Origin: a virus
Taxonomy: Duplodnaviria; Caudoviricetes
Length of the DNA: 36,977 bases
IMG/VR virus record: IMGVR_UViG_3300012921_000044
Coordinates: 1-36,977 of that record
Direction: 5' to 3' (one strand)
Shown: positions 25,217 through 35,327 of the stretch, in pieces
How the letters are laid out: each line of letters starts with the position of its first letter
Numbering within the stretch: the stretch's first letter is position 1
The notes under the pieces: generated by a model
Told to the model about the DNA's origin: nothing
The model's database searches: none
The model's input: the letters and a program-made list of their open reading frames with translations, nothing else
Position numbers and translations under genes: made by a program

Positions 25217-25645
25217 ATGGCCGGTATTCATGGCTTTGGTGCGAAGTTCAAATTGCACAATGGCACCGCCCTGACGGCGGTCGCGAACGTGCTGGCGGTG
25301 AAGCCGCCCAGCCCGACGGTCGAGACGATCGACGTCACCGATCACGACAGCGCCGGCGCGATGCGTGAATTCATCGCCGGCCTGATCGACACGGGCGAAG
25401 GCACGGTCCGCGTCCACTATCTGCCGGGCTCGCCGGGCGACGTCTTGCTGTCCGCCGCTGCCGTGTCGCGCGCCGTGAAGGCGTGGAGCATGGAAGTCCC
25501 GAGCTCGACCGGCAAATGGGAGTTCACCGGCAATTGCATCATCACGTCCTATGAAAAGGATGACGTCGTCATCGACGACAAGATGACCGCGCTGCTTACC
25601 TTCAAGGTATCGGGTCCGATCACCGAAGCGGCAGTCACGCCGTAA
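25217..25645 (+). CDS. Tail tube protein
   Basis: AAGGAG RBS; ETIDVTDHDS...REFIAGLIDTG...FKVSG. Confidence 0.93.
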   Translation: MAGIHGFGAKFKLHNGTALTAVANVLAVKPPSPTVETIDVTDHDSAGAMREFIAGLIDTGEGTVRVHYLPGSPGDVLLSAAAVSRAVKAWSMEVPSSTGKWEFTGNCIITSYEKDDVVIDDKMTALLTFKVSGPITEAAVTP

Positions 25646-26001
25646 TGTCGAACGACGGCATAACGATCGAGGCCGGCGGCAAAGCCCGCCGGCTGCGCTT
25701 CATCGCGAACGCCTTTTGCGACCTCGAGGAAGCAACCGGCGTCAGCATCTTCAACCTGCTCGACGTTCTGGACAACAACCCCACGCTGACCTTCATCCGG
25801 GCGTGCATCTGGGCCGGGCTTCGCAGTTCGGAAGAAGATATCACGACGGCCGCCGCAGGCGAGATCATCGACGAAATCGGCGTGCTGCCGGCGACGGGCG
25901 CCCTGATCCAGGCTGTCACGGCCGCCTTCCCGACCATCAAAGGGAAGGATGGTGGCAAAAACCCTCCGAAGGGGCGGGCTGGGACTGGGACGAACTCCTA
26001 A
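25645..26001 (+). CDS. Tail assembly chaperone (G-like)
   Basis: LRFIANAFCDLEEATG; between tube and tape measure. Confidence 0.9.
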   Translation: MSNDGITIEAGGKARRLRFIANAFCDLEEATGVSIFNLLDVLDNNPTLTFIRACIWAGLRSSEEDITTAAAGEIIDEIGVLPATGALIQAVTAAFPTIKGKDGGKNPPKGRAGTGTNS

Positions 26002-26297
26002 GCCTGTGGTGCGAAGCGGGGTTCGACCCCGCTTCCTTTTGGTGCCAGACGCCCCGCCGGATCGACGCCGCGCTTAACGGTTACATCAGCCGCCGAAAGG
26101 TCGAACGCGACCAGCTGATCTTCCTCGCCTGGCATGTCGAAGTGATGGCCCGGCAGGATCACAAGCGGACCTTGCCGCCGCTCTCGCGCTTCCTTGGGCG
26201 CGACGAAAAAACGGCGACCCCGAAAGAACAGACCGGCGATGAAATCCTTGCCGCGATGCGCGTCTGGGCCGCTATGAGCAGGAAGGGCGAGGCATGA
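25956..26297 (+). CDS. Tail chaperone -1 frameshift extension (T-like)
   Basis: C-AAA-AAC at 25956-25962; -1 frame open with WDWDELL...GFDPASFWCQTPR; ATGA overlap with tape measure. Confidence 0.78.
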   Translation, partial: QKPSEGAGWDWDELLSLWCEAGFDPASFWCQTPRRIDAALNGYISRRKVERDQLIFLAWHVEVMARQDHKRTLPPLSRFLGRDEKTATPKEQTGDEILAAMRVWAAMSRKGEA

Positions 26298-28363
26298 CGG
26301 GATTGATCGGCGCGCTTCGCGTCAGCCTTGGGGCCGACACCGCCAACTTCGAAAAAGGGATGAAGCGGGCACGCGGCGAAATGGCCGCAATGCAGAAGGC
26401 TTCTGCGGCGCTGAAGACCGCGTTCGTCGGCATGGCGGGCCTTCTCGCGTTCGACCAGTTCGCTTCGCTCGCCAAAGCCGGTCTGGACTATGCGTCGTCG
26501 CTCGGCGAAGTCGCGGCGCAATTGGGCGTCTCGACCCGCGCGCTTCAGGAGTATCGCTACGCCGCGAGCCAGGCAGGCATCGAACAAGCCGAAATGGACA
26601 AGGCGTTAGAGCAACTGACGCGGCGCCTGGGCGATGCTGCGCAGGGGGTGAAAGAGCCCCTTAAGGCTCTTGAGCGACTGGGCGTCACGGTTCGTGACAA
26701 CAACGGCCATGTCCGCGATGCCGGCGAAACTATTCCCCTGATCGCCGAAGGTCTGAAGAGCATCGAAAGCCCCGCCGAGCGCGCGGCAATTCTGGTGGAC
26801 CTGTTCGGAAAATCTGGCCAGAAGCTAATTCCGCTAATGGAAGGCGGCGCGGCTGGCGTGAATGGTCTTCGCGACGCCGCCAATAGTCTCGGGCTCGTGT
26901 TGAGCGACAAGCTCATCAATGACGCCGACACCGCTGCCGACAAGATGGCCGAACTTAAGAAGGTGCTTGAAGCGAAGATCGCGGTCGCTGTTTCGGAAAA
27001 CGCGAGCGCGATCATCGAATTGGTCAACGCTCTGGTAAAGCTTGTCGAGTGGTCGGCAAAGGCCGCGCGGGCGTGGCGCGCATTTTCCGAGATGGATTTT
27101 TCCAGCCTTGGCGGGAGCTTCGCGAGCGGGGGCATCTTCGGCGCAATCCAAAACATGCGCATGCAGGGCGAGATTATCGCCGATCGCGAAGTCCGTTCCA
27201 GCGTCGAGTTGACGCCTTCGGCCGCTGCGGCGATCGAAGCGCGAAAGGGCGCCTCTCGGCAACCATCTCGAGGGAGCCAAATTGCGCCCCGGCAGACCGG
27301 TCCCAACCCTTGGTTGAAGAAGACCCCGTCCTTGCTTCAGCGGCGCAACGCCGCCGGTCACAGCGCGTTCGGCGGCCAAGGTCTGTCGGGGTTCGCCCCC
27401 GGCGCGGGCGACCCCGGCTGGATCAAGACGGCGACGGCCGGGTTTGGCGACCTCGCGGCGCGTTCGGCGGAAGTTGCCGCGAGCAATCGCGCCGCCAAAG
27501 CCGAACTCGCCGAAATGGCAAAGGAGCACGGGCCGCGCCTGCTCGCGTCGGTGAAGGCGCTTGCACCGGCGATGGAAGAATTGCGCTCGCGCGCGCAAGG
27601 CATCCTTGACCGGCTGTTCCCCGACGAAGCCGAAGCCCGCCAGTTTAAGGAAGAATTGTCGATCCTCGACGCCGCGATGGCGAAGGGCGCGCTGACGACC
27701 GAAGACCACCGGCGGGCGGTCGAGGCATTGCGCCATGAATTCACGGGGCTTGCCGAAGCGATGCGCGAGGCCGTGAATATCGAGACGATCGCCGGCCCCT
27801 CGATCGAAAACATGGTCGACCAGATCGCCGACCGCGCGGAAGATGCTCTAGACGCGACCCGGAAGAACGCGGATATCACCCGCGTCCAGGTCGTCGATAG
27901 TTTCCGCGACATGACCGAAGGCGCGCTTCGCGAGTTCGACCGGCTGGCCAATTCGATCCGGTCGGGCGGGTTCCTGGACATATTGTCGAGCGTGATCGGC
28001 TTTGGCCTGCAACTCGGCGGCTCGGGCCTGTTCGGCAAATCGATCCAGCAAAATATCCTTAGCGTGCCGGGCCGCGCGTTCGGCGGGCCGGTGATGGCGA
28101 ACCAGCCCTATATCGTCGGCGAACGCCGCGCCGAACTGTTCGTCCCTTCGACGTCGGGCCGGATCGAACCCAACCCCGGTAACGGTCGGCGCGGCGGCGG
28201 CGACACCTATCACTTCAGCGGCAACCTGTTGACGCCCGAGTGGTGGGCACAAATCCAGAAGGGCTTCGACGAAGCGGCCGTCCGCGGCGCGATGGGCGGC
28301 GCGCAACTGGTTTCGGACCGCTCGCAGAAGCAAGCCCGTCAACGTCTGGGGCGCAGCCGATGA
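26294..28363 (+). CDS. Tape measure protein
   Basis: IGALRVSLGADTANF start, Ala-rich helices, C-terminal GRAFGGPV...YIVGERRAELFVP. Confidence 0.93.
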   Translation: MTGLIGALRVSLGADTANFEKGMKRARGEMAAMQKASAALKTAFVGMAGLLAFDQFASLAKAGLDYASSLGEVAAQLGVSTRALQEYRYAASQAGIEQAEMDKALEQLTRRLGDAAQGVKEPLKALERLGVTVRDNNGHVRDAGETIPLIAEGLKSIESPAERAAILVDLFGKSGQKLIPLMEGGAAGVNGLRDAANSLGLVLSDKLINDADTAADKMAELKKVLEAKIAVAVSENASAIIELVNALVKLVEWSAKAARAWRAFSEMDFSSLGGSFASGGIFGAIQNMRMQGEIIADREVRSSVELTPSAAAAIEARKGASRQPSRGSQIAPRQTGPNPWLKKTPSLLQRRNAAGHSAFGGQGLSGFAPGAGDPGWIKTATAGFGDLAARSAEVAASNRAAKAELAEMAKEHGPRLLASVKALAPAMEELRSRAQGILDRLFPDEAEARQFKEELSILDAAMAKGALTTEDHRRAVEALRHEFTGLAEAMREAVNIETIAGPSIENMVDQIADRAEDALDATRKNADITRVQVVDSFRDMTEGALREFDRLANSIRSGGFLDILSSVIGFGLQLGGSGLFGKSIQQNILSVPGRAFGGPVMANQPYIVGERRAELFVPSTSGRIEPNPGNGRRGGGDTYHFSGNLLTPEWWAQIQKGFDEAAVRGAMGGAQLVSDRSQKQARQRLGRSR

Positions 28364-28971
28364 CCGTCATCTTGCCTACCAAGCCCGCCGCGCGGGTGTC
28401 CGAGCCCTATTTCCTCGACATGGGCGGCTGGCAGCAAGGGCGCGGCGGCGACGCCGTGCGGCTCGACCAGCTGGGCGACCGTCACGGGGTTGTTGTCCGG
28501 CTCCCGCCGATGAAGTTCGACGACCCCGTTACCGCGCGGCACGGCCGTCTGTGGATATCGCGCCTGAAACGCGGCATGTCCGAAGGGGCGCGGGTCCGCT
28601 TCGTTCAGCCGGACTATACGCCCCCGCTGACTGGCGCCAACCTGACGACGACGGCAGCGCAGGCCACCTTGATCGCGATCAGCGGCGCCACGCCGAACGT
28701 CGTCATCCCCGAAGGGATCGGCTGCACCATTATCAAGGCGGCCACGGGCCGCCGCTATTTTCACACGGTGAGCGCCGACCTCAACACTGGGGCCGGCGGG
28801 GCGGGCAATCTGTCGGTGCATCCCCGGACGCGCGTGTCGCTGGTCGTCGGCGATACGATCAGCTTTGCCCCGCTGGAAATCGAAGGCCGGATCATCGGCG
28901 AGGAACAGCGTTGGACCTTCGACGAACTGCGCACCGTCGGCATTGAATTCCAGATCGAGGAAATCGCCTGA
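28360..28971 (+). CDS. Distal tail protein
   Basis: ATGA overlap; follows tape measure; ends IEFQIEEIA. Confidence 0.75.
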   Translation: MTVILPTKPAARVSEPYFLDMGGWQQGRGGDAVRLDQLGDRHGVVVRLPPMKFDDPVTARHGRLWISRLKRGMSEGARVRFVQPDYTPPLTGANLTTTAAQATLIAISGATPNVVIPEGIGCTIIKAATGRRYFHTVSADLNTGAGGAGNLSVHPRTRVSLVVGDTISFAPLEIEGRIIGEEQRWTFDELRTVGIEFQIEEIA

Positions 28972-29651
28972 TGGCCGGCCATTTGCCGCCGGTGCTGGCG
29001 GCTTCCTTCGAAAGCGGCCGCAGCCTGCCGATCCTGATGCTGCGCGTCGATCTTCCCGCGATCGATCCGCTGCTTTTGCTCTGGGGATCGGGCGAAGTGA
29101 AGTGGGACGCGGGCGACGGCCTGAAGACCTTCGTCGGCAAGGACAGCAGGTTCGGAAGCATTGTCGCGCTCGACACGCCTGAAGATGGGCTGGGCAATAC
29201 GGCGCCGACGATGACATTTGAAATGGCTGTGCCGAACTCGACCGCCGCGGCGCTCCTGTCGTCGCCGTCCTATCAGGGTTCCCGTGCCCGCCTTTGGGTC
29301 GGCGGCCTCGATCCCGTCACGGGCGCGCCGTTCGAACCCTATCGAATGTTCGACGGCACGCTGGATCGCCCGCTGCTCAAGCGCGACGGGCGCACTCGCA
29401 CCGTCGAGTTTGAATGCGGCTCGGGATATGAAAAATTCTTCACCGACAGCGAAGGCCAGCGCCTTGCCGACGCATCGCACCAAGCGGCTTGGCCGGGCGA
29501 ACAGGGCTTGATCCACGTCACGGGCATCAACCGGACCATCATCTGGGGGCCGGGCGAACGACCCGGCGGCGCGTCCTATGGCTCCTATCCCGGCAGCGGG
29601 TTCGGATCGGGCGGCGGTCGTCCTCTTAGCGAGCGGAACCCCTACGTATGA
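28971..29651 (+). CDS. Tail tip/hub protein
   Basis: FGSI...YQGSRARLW...MFDG...HQAAWPGE...IIWG. Confidence 0.75.
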   Translation: MAGHLPPVLAASFESGRSLPILMLRVDLPAIDPLLLLWGSGEVKWDAGDGLKTFVGKDSRFGSIVALDTPEDGLGNTAPTMTFEMAVPNSTAAALLSSPSYQGSRARLWVGGLDPVTGAPFEPYRMFDGTLDRPLLKRDGRTRTVEFECGSGYEKFFTDSEGQRLADASHQAAWPGEQGLIHVTGINRTIIWGPGERPGGASYGSYPGSGFGSGGGRPLSERNPYV

Positions 29652-30067
29652 CGCATCCTCTCGAGCGCCGCCGGATCGCGACGCAAGCGACGGTCGACCG
29701 GTTCAAGGACGAACCCTTTGCCTGGGGTCGTTTCGATTGCGGCAAGATGGTCGCCTTTCACCTGCGCAAGATGGGAAAGCCGATCGCGCACGCCAAGGCG
29801 GGCAGCTATTCCGATGCGCTGGGTGCGGCGCGCGCCATGAAGCGGCTCGGCTTCGACAATCTGGGCGCGCTGATGAGCTCGCGTTTCGAAATCATCCCGC
29901 CCGCCGCCGCGCTGCTCGGCGACCTGATCGAGTTCGAAGGCGATCACATGCTGGGAACGCTCGGCGTCGCGCTCGGCAACAATGCCGCGCTGATGTATCA
30001 TGAAGATGCGGCCGGCGCCGTCCCGTGCCGTATCGTTTCCGCCGTTTCGGCTTGGCGCATCGCCTGA
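29648..30067 (+). CDS. NlpC/P60-like tail assembly protein (DUF6950-like)
   Basis: PFAWGRFDC...GD...AWR. Confidence 0.85.
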   Translation: MTHPLERRRIATQATVDRFKDEPFAWGRFDCGKMVAFHLRKMGKPIAHAKAGSYSDALGAARAMKRLGFDNLGALMSSRFEIIPPAAALLGDLIEFEGDHMLGTLGVALGNNAALMYHEDAAGAVPCRIVSAVSAWRIA

Positions 30068-33000
30068 TGGCCAGGGCGCTGAAGAAGGTCGCGCTGGTCG
30101 TCGGCGCGGTCGCGCTGGTCGCTACGGGCGTTGGTGCCGCAATCGGCGGCCCGGCTTTCGCTGCCGCTACCGGTGTGTCGCTAGCGACGGTGACCGCCAT
30201 CGGGACCGTCGCGTCGATCGCGTCGACTGCGCTCAACATGATTTCCCCGGCGAAGCCGAAGTCGGTCATGTCGGGCCAGCAAACGAGCTTCAAACTCGAT
30301 CCGCAAGCGGGCATCCCTTACGCCGTCGGCCGGACCTATCTGGGCGGCAACGCCGTCCATCGCGACACCTGGGGCGTCGACAATCAATATAATGGCTTCG
30401 TCATCGCGTGGACCGGTGGCGGCCCGATCGACGGTATCGAAGCGTTCAAGCTCGATCATGAAACGATCGCGTTCGACGGCGCGGGAAATGCGGTCGGCGG
30501 CTACAAGGATTTCATGTGGCTGCGGTCGCAGACGGGGATTTGCCCGTCGCCGGCGCTGGCGTCGCCTGTGGCCGGTTTTCCGGGGTGGGGCGCCAATTCG
30601 AAGCTGTCGGGTTATGCGGCCAGCGTCTGGATCGCGAAGTTCGACAAGAAGGGGAAGAAATATTCGGCCGGGCTGGGGCGGCCGGGCATCGTCGGCCGAA
30701 TGGTCAAGGTCTATGACCCGCGGCTGGATAGCACCTATCCGGGCGGGTCGGGCGCGTGCCGCGCGCTTCAGGAAGACACCTACGTCTATTCGGAAAATCC
30801 GTGGCTTCACGCGCTGACCTGGGCGCTCGGGCGCTGGCAGAACGGCAAGAAGGTGATCGGCGTCGGCATGGCGCCTTTCCAGATTGCCATGGCTTCGTTC
30901 GTCGATGCGGCCAATATCGCCGACCTCAACAACTGGAAGTGCGGCGGGCTGGTGTCGTCGGTCGACGACAAGAACGACGTGCTTCAGTTGTTCGCGCAGG
31001 CCGGGGGCGGTCAGTGCATCAAGATGGGCGCGAAGCTGACGGCCTTCGTCGAGGCGCCGCGCGTTTCCATCGCGACGATCCGCGCCAACGACCTTGTCGG
31101 CGAGATATCGATTGCGGGGACGCAGTTCGAACGCACGCGTATCAACGGCGTCGTCCCCATCTATCGGTCGGAAGCGCACGGATGGGAGCAGGTGCCCGCG
31201 GCGCCGGTCCGGTTCGACGACTATGTTGCCGAAGACGGCGAGCTCCGGACGGCGGAAACCGAATTCGTGCTGGTCCAGCAATTGAAACAGGCCGCCGAGC
31301 TCGCCGCCTATGAAGTGCTGAACGCGCGCGAGTTCGGCCCGATCGACACCCAATTGAAGCTGCAATGGCTCGGCATCGAGCCCGGCGACCTGGTGACCCT
31401 CGATATTCCCGAAGACGGGCTGGCGATGCAGCCGGCGCTCGCGCTGGTTCGCGGGCTCGACTGGTCGACGGGCAATGTCGCGATTTCCTTCCGCTCCGAA
31501 ACGGCAGCAAAGCACGCGCTCGCGCTTGGCAAAACGACGACGGTCCCGCCCTCGCCTTCGCTCACCGTGCCGGACCTGTCCGTCGTGGCCGCGCCCGGCG
31601 TCGGCGAATGGTCGGCGAGCGCGGAGACGATCACCGCGCCCGACGGGACGGCCGTGCCGATCATCGTTGCCCGCGGCGCAACCGGCAATCCGAACGCCAG
31701 TCATGCGGTATTCGAGTATCGGCCCGACGTTGATCCGGTCGGGGCGATGCCGCCCGCGCCGGCGCTCGGCGATATAGCCACCGACGATACGGGGTTCGAA
31801 TTCGTCTATGAGGCGAGCGGCTGGAAGCGGCGCTGGATCATGCAGGCGACGCAAGACGCCGGGGTTACCGTCCAGGAGTTCGTCGCCGTTACGCCGTTGA
31901 CGGACTATGAAATCGCAGTGGCCTATGTCGTCCGTGGCGTGCTGGGCGACCGATGCGTCATTGGTCCGATCAAGACCGGTTCGCAGTTGGCTTTGCCGCC
32001 GACCGATGCGTCACCCACGCCGCCGCTGGAACTTCCCGAAGGAACGCTGTGGCTCGCTCCCGGCGGGCATCCCTATCGCTTCGGATCGCGGCCATGGGTC
32101 GGTGGCGATGGTCAGTCGTGGATCGGCGCGGACGGCGAGCCGTGGCTCGGCAGCGGCTATGAGGACGTGCAGGACCAGCTCGGCGTGCAGGCGATGGCGG
32201 CGGCGGAGGCGGTGACCGCGGAGGTCGCGCGCATCGCGTCGGACGGCTGGCTCACCGCGGGCGAGAAATCGGGCCTTGTCCTGTCGCACAAGGCGATGAT
32301 CGAGAACCATATCGCGCTCGACGCGAAGGCGGCGGCGCTGGGGGTCGCGGCGACCGAGCGCACGAACGCGACGAATGCGGTCAACGCGCTCAACGCCTAT
32401 CTGACCAGCCTGTCCCCCGCGTGGAACGACACGACGCAGGACAGCGAGGCCGACGCGGCCACGATCACCGGCCTGTGGGGCGACGCGGCGCAGAAGGTCG
32501 CGCTGTTGCAGGCGGCGGTGCAAGGCCTGCCGGGACCGCAGGGCGATCCGGGCACGAACGGCATCGACGGCATCGACGGCGACGACGGCAAGCTGGTCGA
32601 GTTCGTCTGGAAGCGCGCGGCGAGCCAGCCCGCGGCGCCGACGGGCAACGGCATTCCGTCTGGCTGGTCGGACGATCCGCCCGCGGGCAGCGATCCGCTG
32701 TGGATGTCGAAGGCCAAGCAGGAACTCGACGGCACGCTGGTCGCGGGCGAGAGCTGGTCGACGCCGATCCGGCACGACGGCCCACCGGGGATCAGTCCCG
32801 TTTCAGCGGTGGCGGTCCCCGCCAGCAAACAGTTCACGGCCGACTCCGACGGCGTCGTCAAGATGGGTCAGTTGCCGTTCAATGTCGCGATCGACGCGAT
32901 AAAGGCGGGCGCGCCGATCGGCGGCACGGTTTCGGTTGTGAGCGTGTCGGGATGCACCGCGACGGCGATTTCGGGTGGCTTCACGATCGACACGATCAGC

Positions 33001-33522
33001 GCCGACGCGGGCTTCGTCCAGTGGAAGATCGTCGCGACCGACGGGCAGGAAGTCATCGGCAAGATGAGCTTTTCTCGCCAGCGCGACCCCGCCTCGGGGG
33101 GCTCGGTTTCGGTGAACTTCAGCAGCACATCGTGGTGGGGAGACGGCAGCTATGCGGCGAGTGGCCCGACGACGGTGTTGCCCGCGTCCTCGATCGGAAA
33201 GCTGCGCATTTCGGGCTACGCCAGTTTCTATTCGGCCGCCAATGGCACCGCGACGCTGACGGCGAAGCTGCAATATCGGGCGGTCGGCAGCGGGACATGG
33301 ATCGACAGCGGCTTTTCGGCGACGGGCAATGCCTTCAAGTCTCCGGACCTCGAGGGCGAGCCGGGCGAGAACAGCCCCGGCGACGTGTTCCCAAATGGTG
33401 AGCTGACCGGGCTCACCGCGGATGCGCCGTATGAAATCCAGCTGGTCGGCAATCGGTCGACATCGGGAACGGCGATCGCTAGCGCGACCGGCTTTGTATC
33501 GATGACGCAGGTGCTGACATGA
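30067..33522 (+). CDS. Central tail tip / host-specificity protein
   Basis: IPYAVGRT, KVYDPRLDST...YSENP, collagen-like GPQGDPGTNGIDGIDGDDG, beta-rich C-terminus. Confidence 0.9.
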   Translation: MARALKKVALVVGAVALVATGVGAAIGGPAFAAATGVSLATVTAIGTVASIASTALNMISPAKPKSVMSGQQTSFKLDPQAGIPYAVGRTYLGGNAVHRDTWGVDNQYNGFVIAWTGGGPIDGIEAFKLDHETIAFDGAGNAVGGYKDFMWLRSQTGICPSPALASPVAGFPGWGANSKLSGYAASVWIAKFDKKGKKYSAGLGRPGIVGRMVKVYDPRLDSTYPGGSGACRALQEDTYVYSENPWLHALTWALGRWQNGKKVIGVGMAPFQIAMASFVDAANIADLNNWKCGGLVSSVDDKNDVLQLFAQAGGGQCIKMGAKLTAFVEAPRVSIATIRANDLVGEISIAGTQFERTRINGVVPIYRSEAHGWEQVPAAPVRFDDYVAEDGELRTAETEFVLVQQLKQAAELAAYEVLNAREFGPIDTQLKLQWLGIEPGDLVTLDIPEDGLAMQPALALVRGLDWSTGNVAISFRSETAAKHALALGKTTTVPPSPSLTVPDLSVVAAPGVGEWSASAETITAPDGTAVPIIVARGATGNPNASHAVFEYRPDVDPVGAMPPAPALGDIATDDTGFEFVYEASGWKRRWIMQATQDAGVTVQEFVAVTPLTDYEIAVAYVVRGVLGDRCVIGPIKTGSQLALPPTDASPTPPLELPEGTLWLAPGGHPYRFGSRPWVGGDGQSWIGADGEPWLGSGYEDVQDQLGVQAMAAAEAVTAEVARIASDGWLTAGEKSGLVLSHKAMIENHIALDAKAAALGVAATERTNATNAVNALNAYLTSLSPAWNDTTQDSEADAATITGLWGDAAQKVALLQAAVQGLPGPQGDPGTNGIDGIDGDDGKLVEFVWKRAASQPAAPTGNGIPSGWSDDPPAGSDPLWMSKAKQELDGTLVAGESWSTPIRHDGPPGISPVSAVAVPASKQFTADSDGVVKMGQLPFNVAIDAIKAGAPIGGTVSVVSVSGCTATAISGGFTIDTISADAGFVQWKIVATDGQEVIGKMSFSRQRDPASGGSVSVNFSSTSWWGDGSYAASGPTTVLPASSIGKLRISGYASFYSAANGTATLTAKLQYRAVGSGTWIDSGFSATGNAFKSPDLEGEPGENSPGDVFPNGELTGLTADAPYEIQLVGNRSTSGTAIASATGFVSMTQVLT

Positions 33523-33854
33523 CCGCCTTTCGTCACGCCCCCACTGGCGAGGTCCATATCTCGGCCGATTTCGAGGGATATGAAGCGCCGGATTGGGAAG
33601 CTCTGCCCGATCCGCCAGCCGGGAACGGTCCCTGGTTGTGGGTCGATGGCAATTGGTCCCTCGACGACGCTCCTGCGTGGGCCCGCCTTCGCGCCGAGCG
33701 CGCGGCGCGGCTTCGCGCCTGCGACTGGACGCAGTTGCCCGACGTTCCCGAAGCGACGCGCCTCGCCTGGCAACCCTATCGCCAGGCGCTCCGCGACCTT
33801 CCCGACATCACCGCCGATCCGTTCGCGCCGATCTGGCCGACGCCGCCTGCATAG
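33519..33854 (+). CDS. Tail fibre assembly chaperone
   Basis: LRAERAARLRACDWTQLPD...WQPYRQALRDLP...WPTPP. Confidence 0.92.
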   Translation: MTAFRHAPTGEVHISADFEGYEAPDWEALPDPPAGNGPWLWVDGNWSLDDAPAWARLRAERAARLRACDWTQLPDVPEATRLAWQPYRQALRDLPDITADPFAPIWPTPPA

Positions 33855-33863
33855 GAAAGCATC

Positions 33864-35003
33864 ATGCCCGCCATTGAAACTGCCCCGACCGCAAGCGCCA
33901 CGCAGACCCGCGGCGCTGGCTCGCGGATGCTCGGCTATTACATGGACGGCCCCGTCAAGGTCGATTGCGTGTTCGACACGGCGAACTTTCTGACGAAGGA
34001 CAGCGCCGGCAACTATCTCGTGGATGGTGCGAGCGGTTTTTCGGTGCAGCTTCGCAACACCGGCGACGAAAATCGCGGCGGCAAGATCACGGTCACCGGC
34101 ACTGGCGGCGGCACCTTCGATGTCGGAACGACTTCGAGCGTCTATGCGCTCACCTTCAGTATCGATGCCGTCGAGCGAGCGAGATTGAGCGCAGAAGGCC
34201 GTTTCGGGATCGGCACGTCCTCGCCGAGCTACAAGTTGCAGGCGATGGACCCGTCGGCGCTCGTTGTCGGGGTGTTTCGCGATTATGACGTCGTCGCAGG
34301 CGGCGCCGTCGGGATCTTTATCGACATTGGCGCACGCGCAGGCTCAGCTCCAACCGTCGCGGCCCGCCTGTTCGCGGTGCTCGCCGATGCGAATGAAGGC
34401 TCTCTGACGATATCAACAAGGACCGCCGGGTCGATGGCCGACAGGTTGGTTTTCGAAACGACCGGAACGGTGAGACCCGGCAGCGACAACAGCCAATCGC
34501 TTGGTTCGGCGTCCTATCGTTGGTCCGTCGCCTATGCCGGGACGGGCGCGATCAACACATCCGACGCGCGCGACAAGACGTGGCGCGGCGCGCCGACCGA
34601 GGCCGAACTGCGCGCCGCGCGGCGGATCGCGGCTGAACTCGGCTTCTTTCAGTGGAACGACGCGATCGCCGATAAGGGCGCGGACGGTGCGCGGATGCAC
34701 TTCGGCGTACGCGCGCAGGCGGTGTGGGCGATCATGGCCGACGAGGGGCTGATCGAGCCGCTTGCCGAGGGCGTCGATCCGGGCAGCGCCTATGCCTTCC
34801 TCTGCTGGGACAAGTGGGACGCGGTGGAGCCGGTCACGGCGACCGACGAAGTCCGCGACGGGGAAGGCAACCTCATCGCCCCGGCGCGCGCGGCGCAGGC
34901 CGGTCGCACCGCCGGAAGCCGCTTCGGGGTCCGCGTCGACCAGCTCGCGCTGTTCCTGATCGCCGCCCAGGAAGCGAGGATCGCCGTGCTGGAGGCGGCC
35001 TGA
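33864..35003 (+). CDS. Tail fibre with C-terminal S74 intramolecular chaperone
   Basis: GRFGIGTSSP; LGSASYRW...GAINTSDARDK; HFGVRAQ...FGVRVDQL. Confidence 0.9.
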   Translation: MPAIETAPTASATQTRGAGSRMLGYYMDGPVKVDCVFDTANFLTKDSAGNYLVDGASGFSVQLRNTGDENRGGKITVTGTGGGTFDVGTTSSVYALTFSIDAVERARLSAEGRFGIGTSSPSYKLQAMDPSALVVGVFRDYDVVAGGAVGIFIDIGARAGSAPTVAARLFAVLADANEGSLTISTRTAGSMADRLVFETTGTVRPGSDNSQSLGSASYRWSVAYAGTGAINTSDARDKTWRGAPTEAELRAARRIAAELGFFQWNDAIADKGADGARMHFGVRAQAVWAIMADEGLIEPLAEGVDPGSAYAFLCWDKWDAVEPVTATDEVRDGEGNLIAPARAAQAGRTAGSRFGVRVDQLALFLIAAQEARIAVLEAA

Positions 35004-35025
35004 TTTCAACCGAAGGAGACGTGTG

Positions 35026-35169
35026 ATGAAGAAGCATATTTTTGCGCTCGCAGGCGCTTGCCTGCTGACGCTGGCCGGGTGCGACGACAATTCGCCGCCG
35101 CCCGACCCGAACGCGCCGGTCATCGTCGACGATGAATGCCCCCGCGCCGATGGCGAGCCCTGCCGCTGA
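35026..35169 (+). CDS. 47-aa lipoprotein (not in ORF track)
   Basis: MKKHIFALAGACLLTLAGC-DDNSPPPDP...CPRADGEPCR; AAGGAG RBS. Confidence 0.78.
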   Translation: MKKHIFALAGACLLTLAGCDDNSPPPDPNAPVIVDDECPRADGEPCR

Positions 35170-35198
35170 CCTGAATTCCCGCATCGGAGAAGGTGCCA

Positions 35199-35327
35199 AT
35201 GATTGTCTTGAATAGCGTGCTGCTCGGCACCTTCTTTGTCGGCGGCGCCATAACCGGCGCCGCCGTCGTTCTTGCCGCGATCGTCACGGCGTGGTGCTTT
35301 CATTGGCCGCGCGGGGTCTGGAAATGA
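35199..35327 (+). CDS. 42-aa membrane peptide (not in ORF track)
   Basis: MIVLNSVLLGTFFVGGAITGAAVVLAAIVTAWCFHWPRGVWK; AAGGT RBS; ATGA overlap downstream. Confidence 0.6.
   Translation: MIVLNSVLLGTFFVGGAITGAAVVLAAIVTAWCFHWPRGVWK

Noticed and set aside
30181-33401. 557-aa minus and 326-aa plus alternative ORFs within the tail tip gene
   Set aside because: Arg/Gly-rich translations typical of off-frame GC-rich sequence
33864-35003. Diversity-generating retroelement or invertible fibre cassette
   Set aside because: No reverse transcriptase, template repeat or invertase seen in the window
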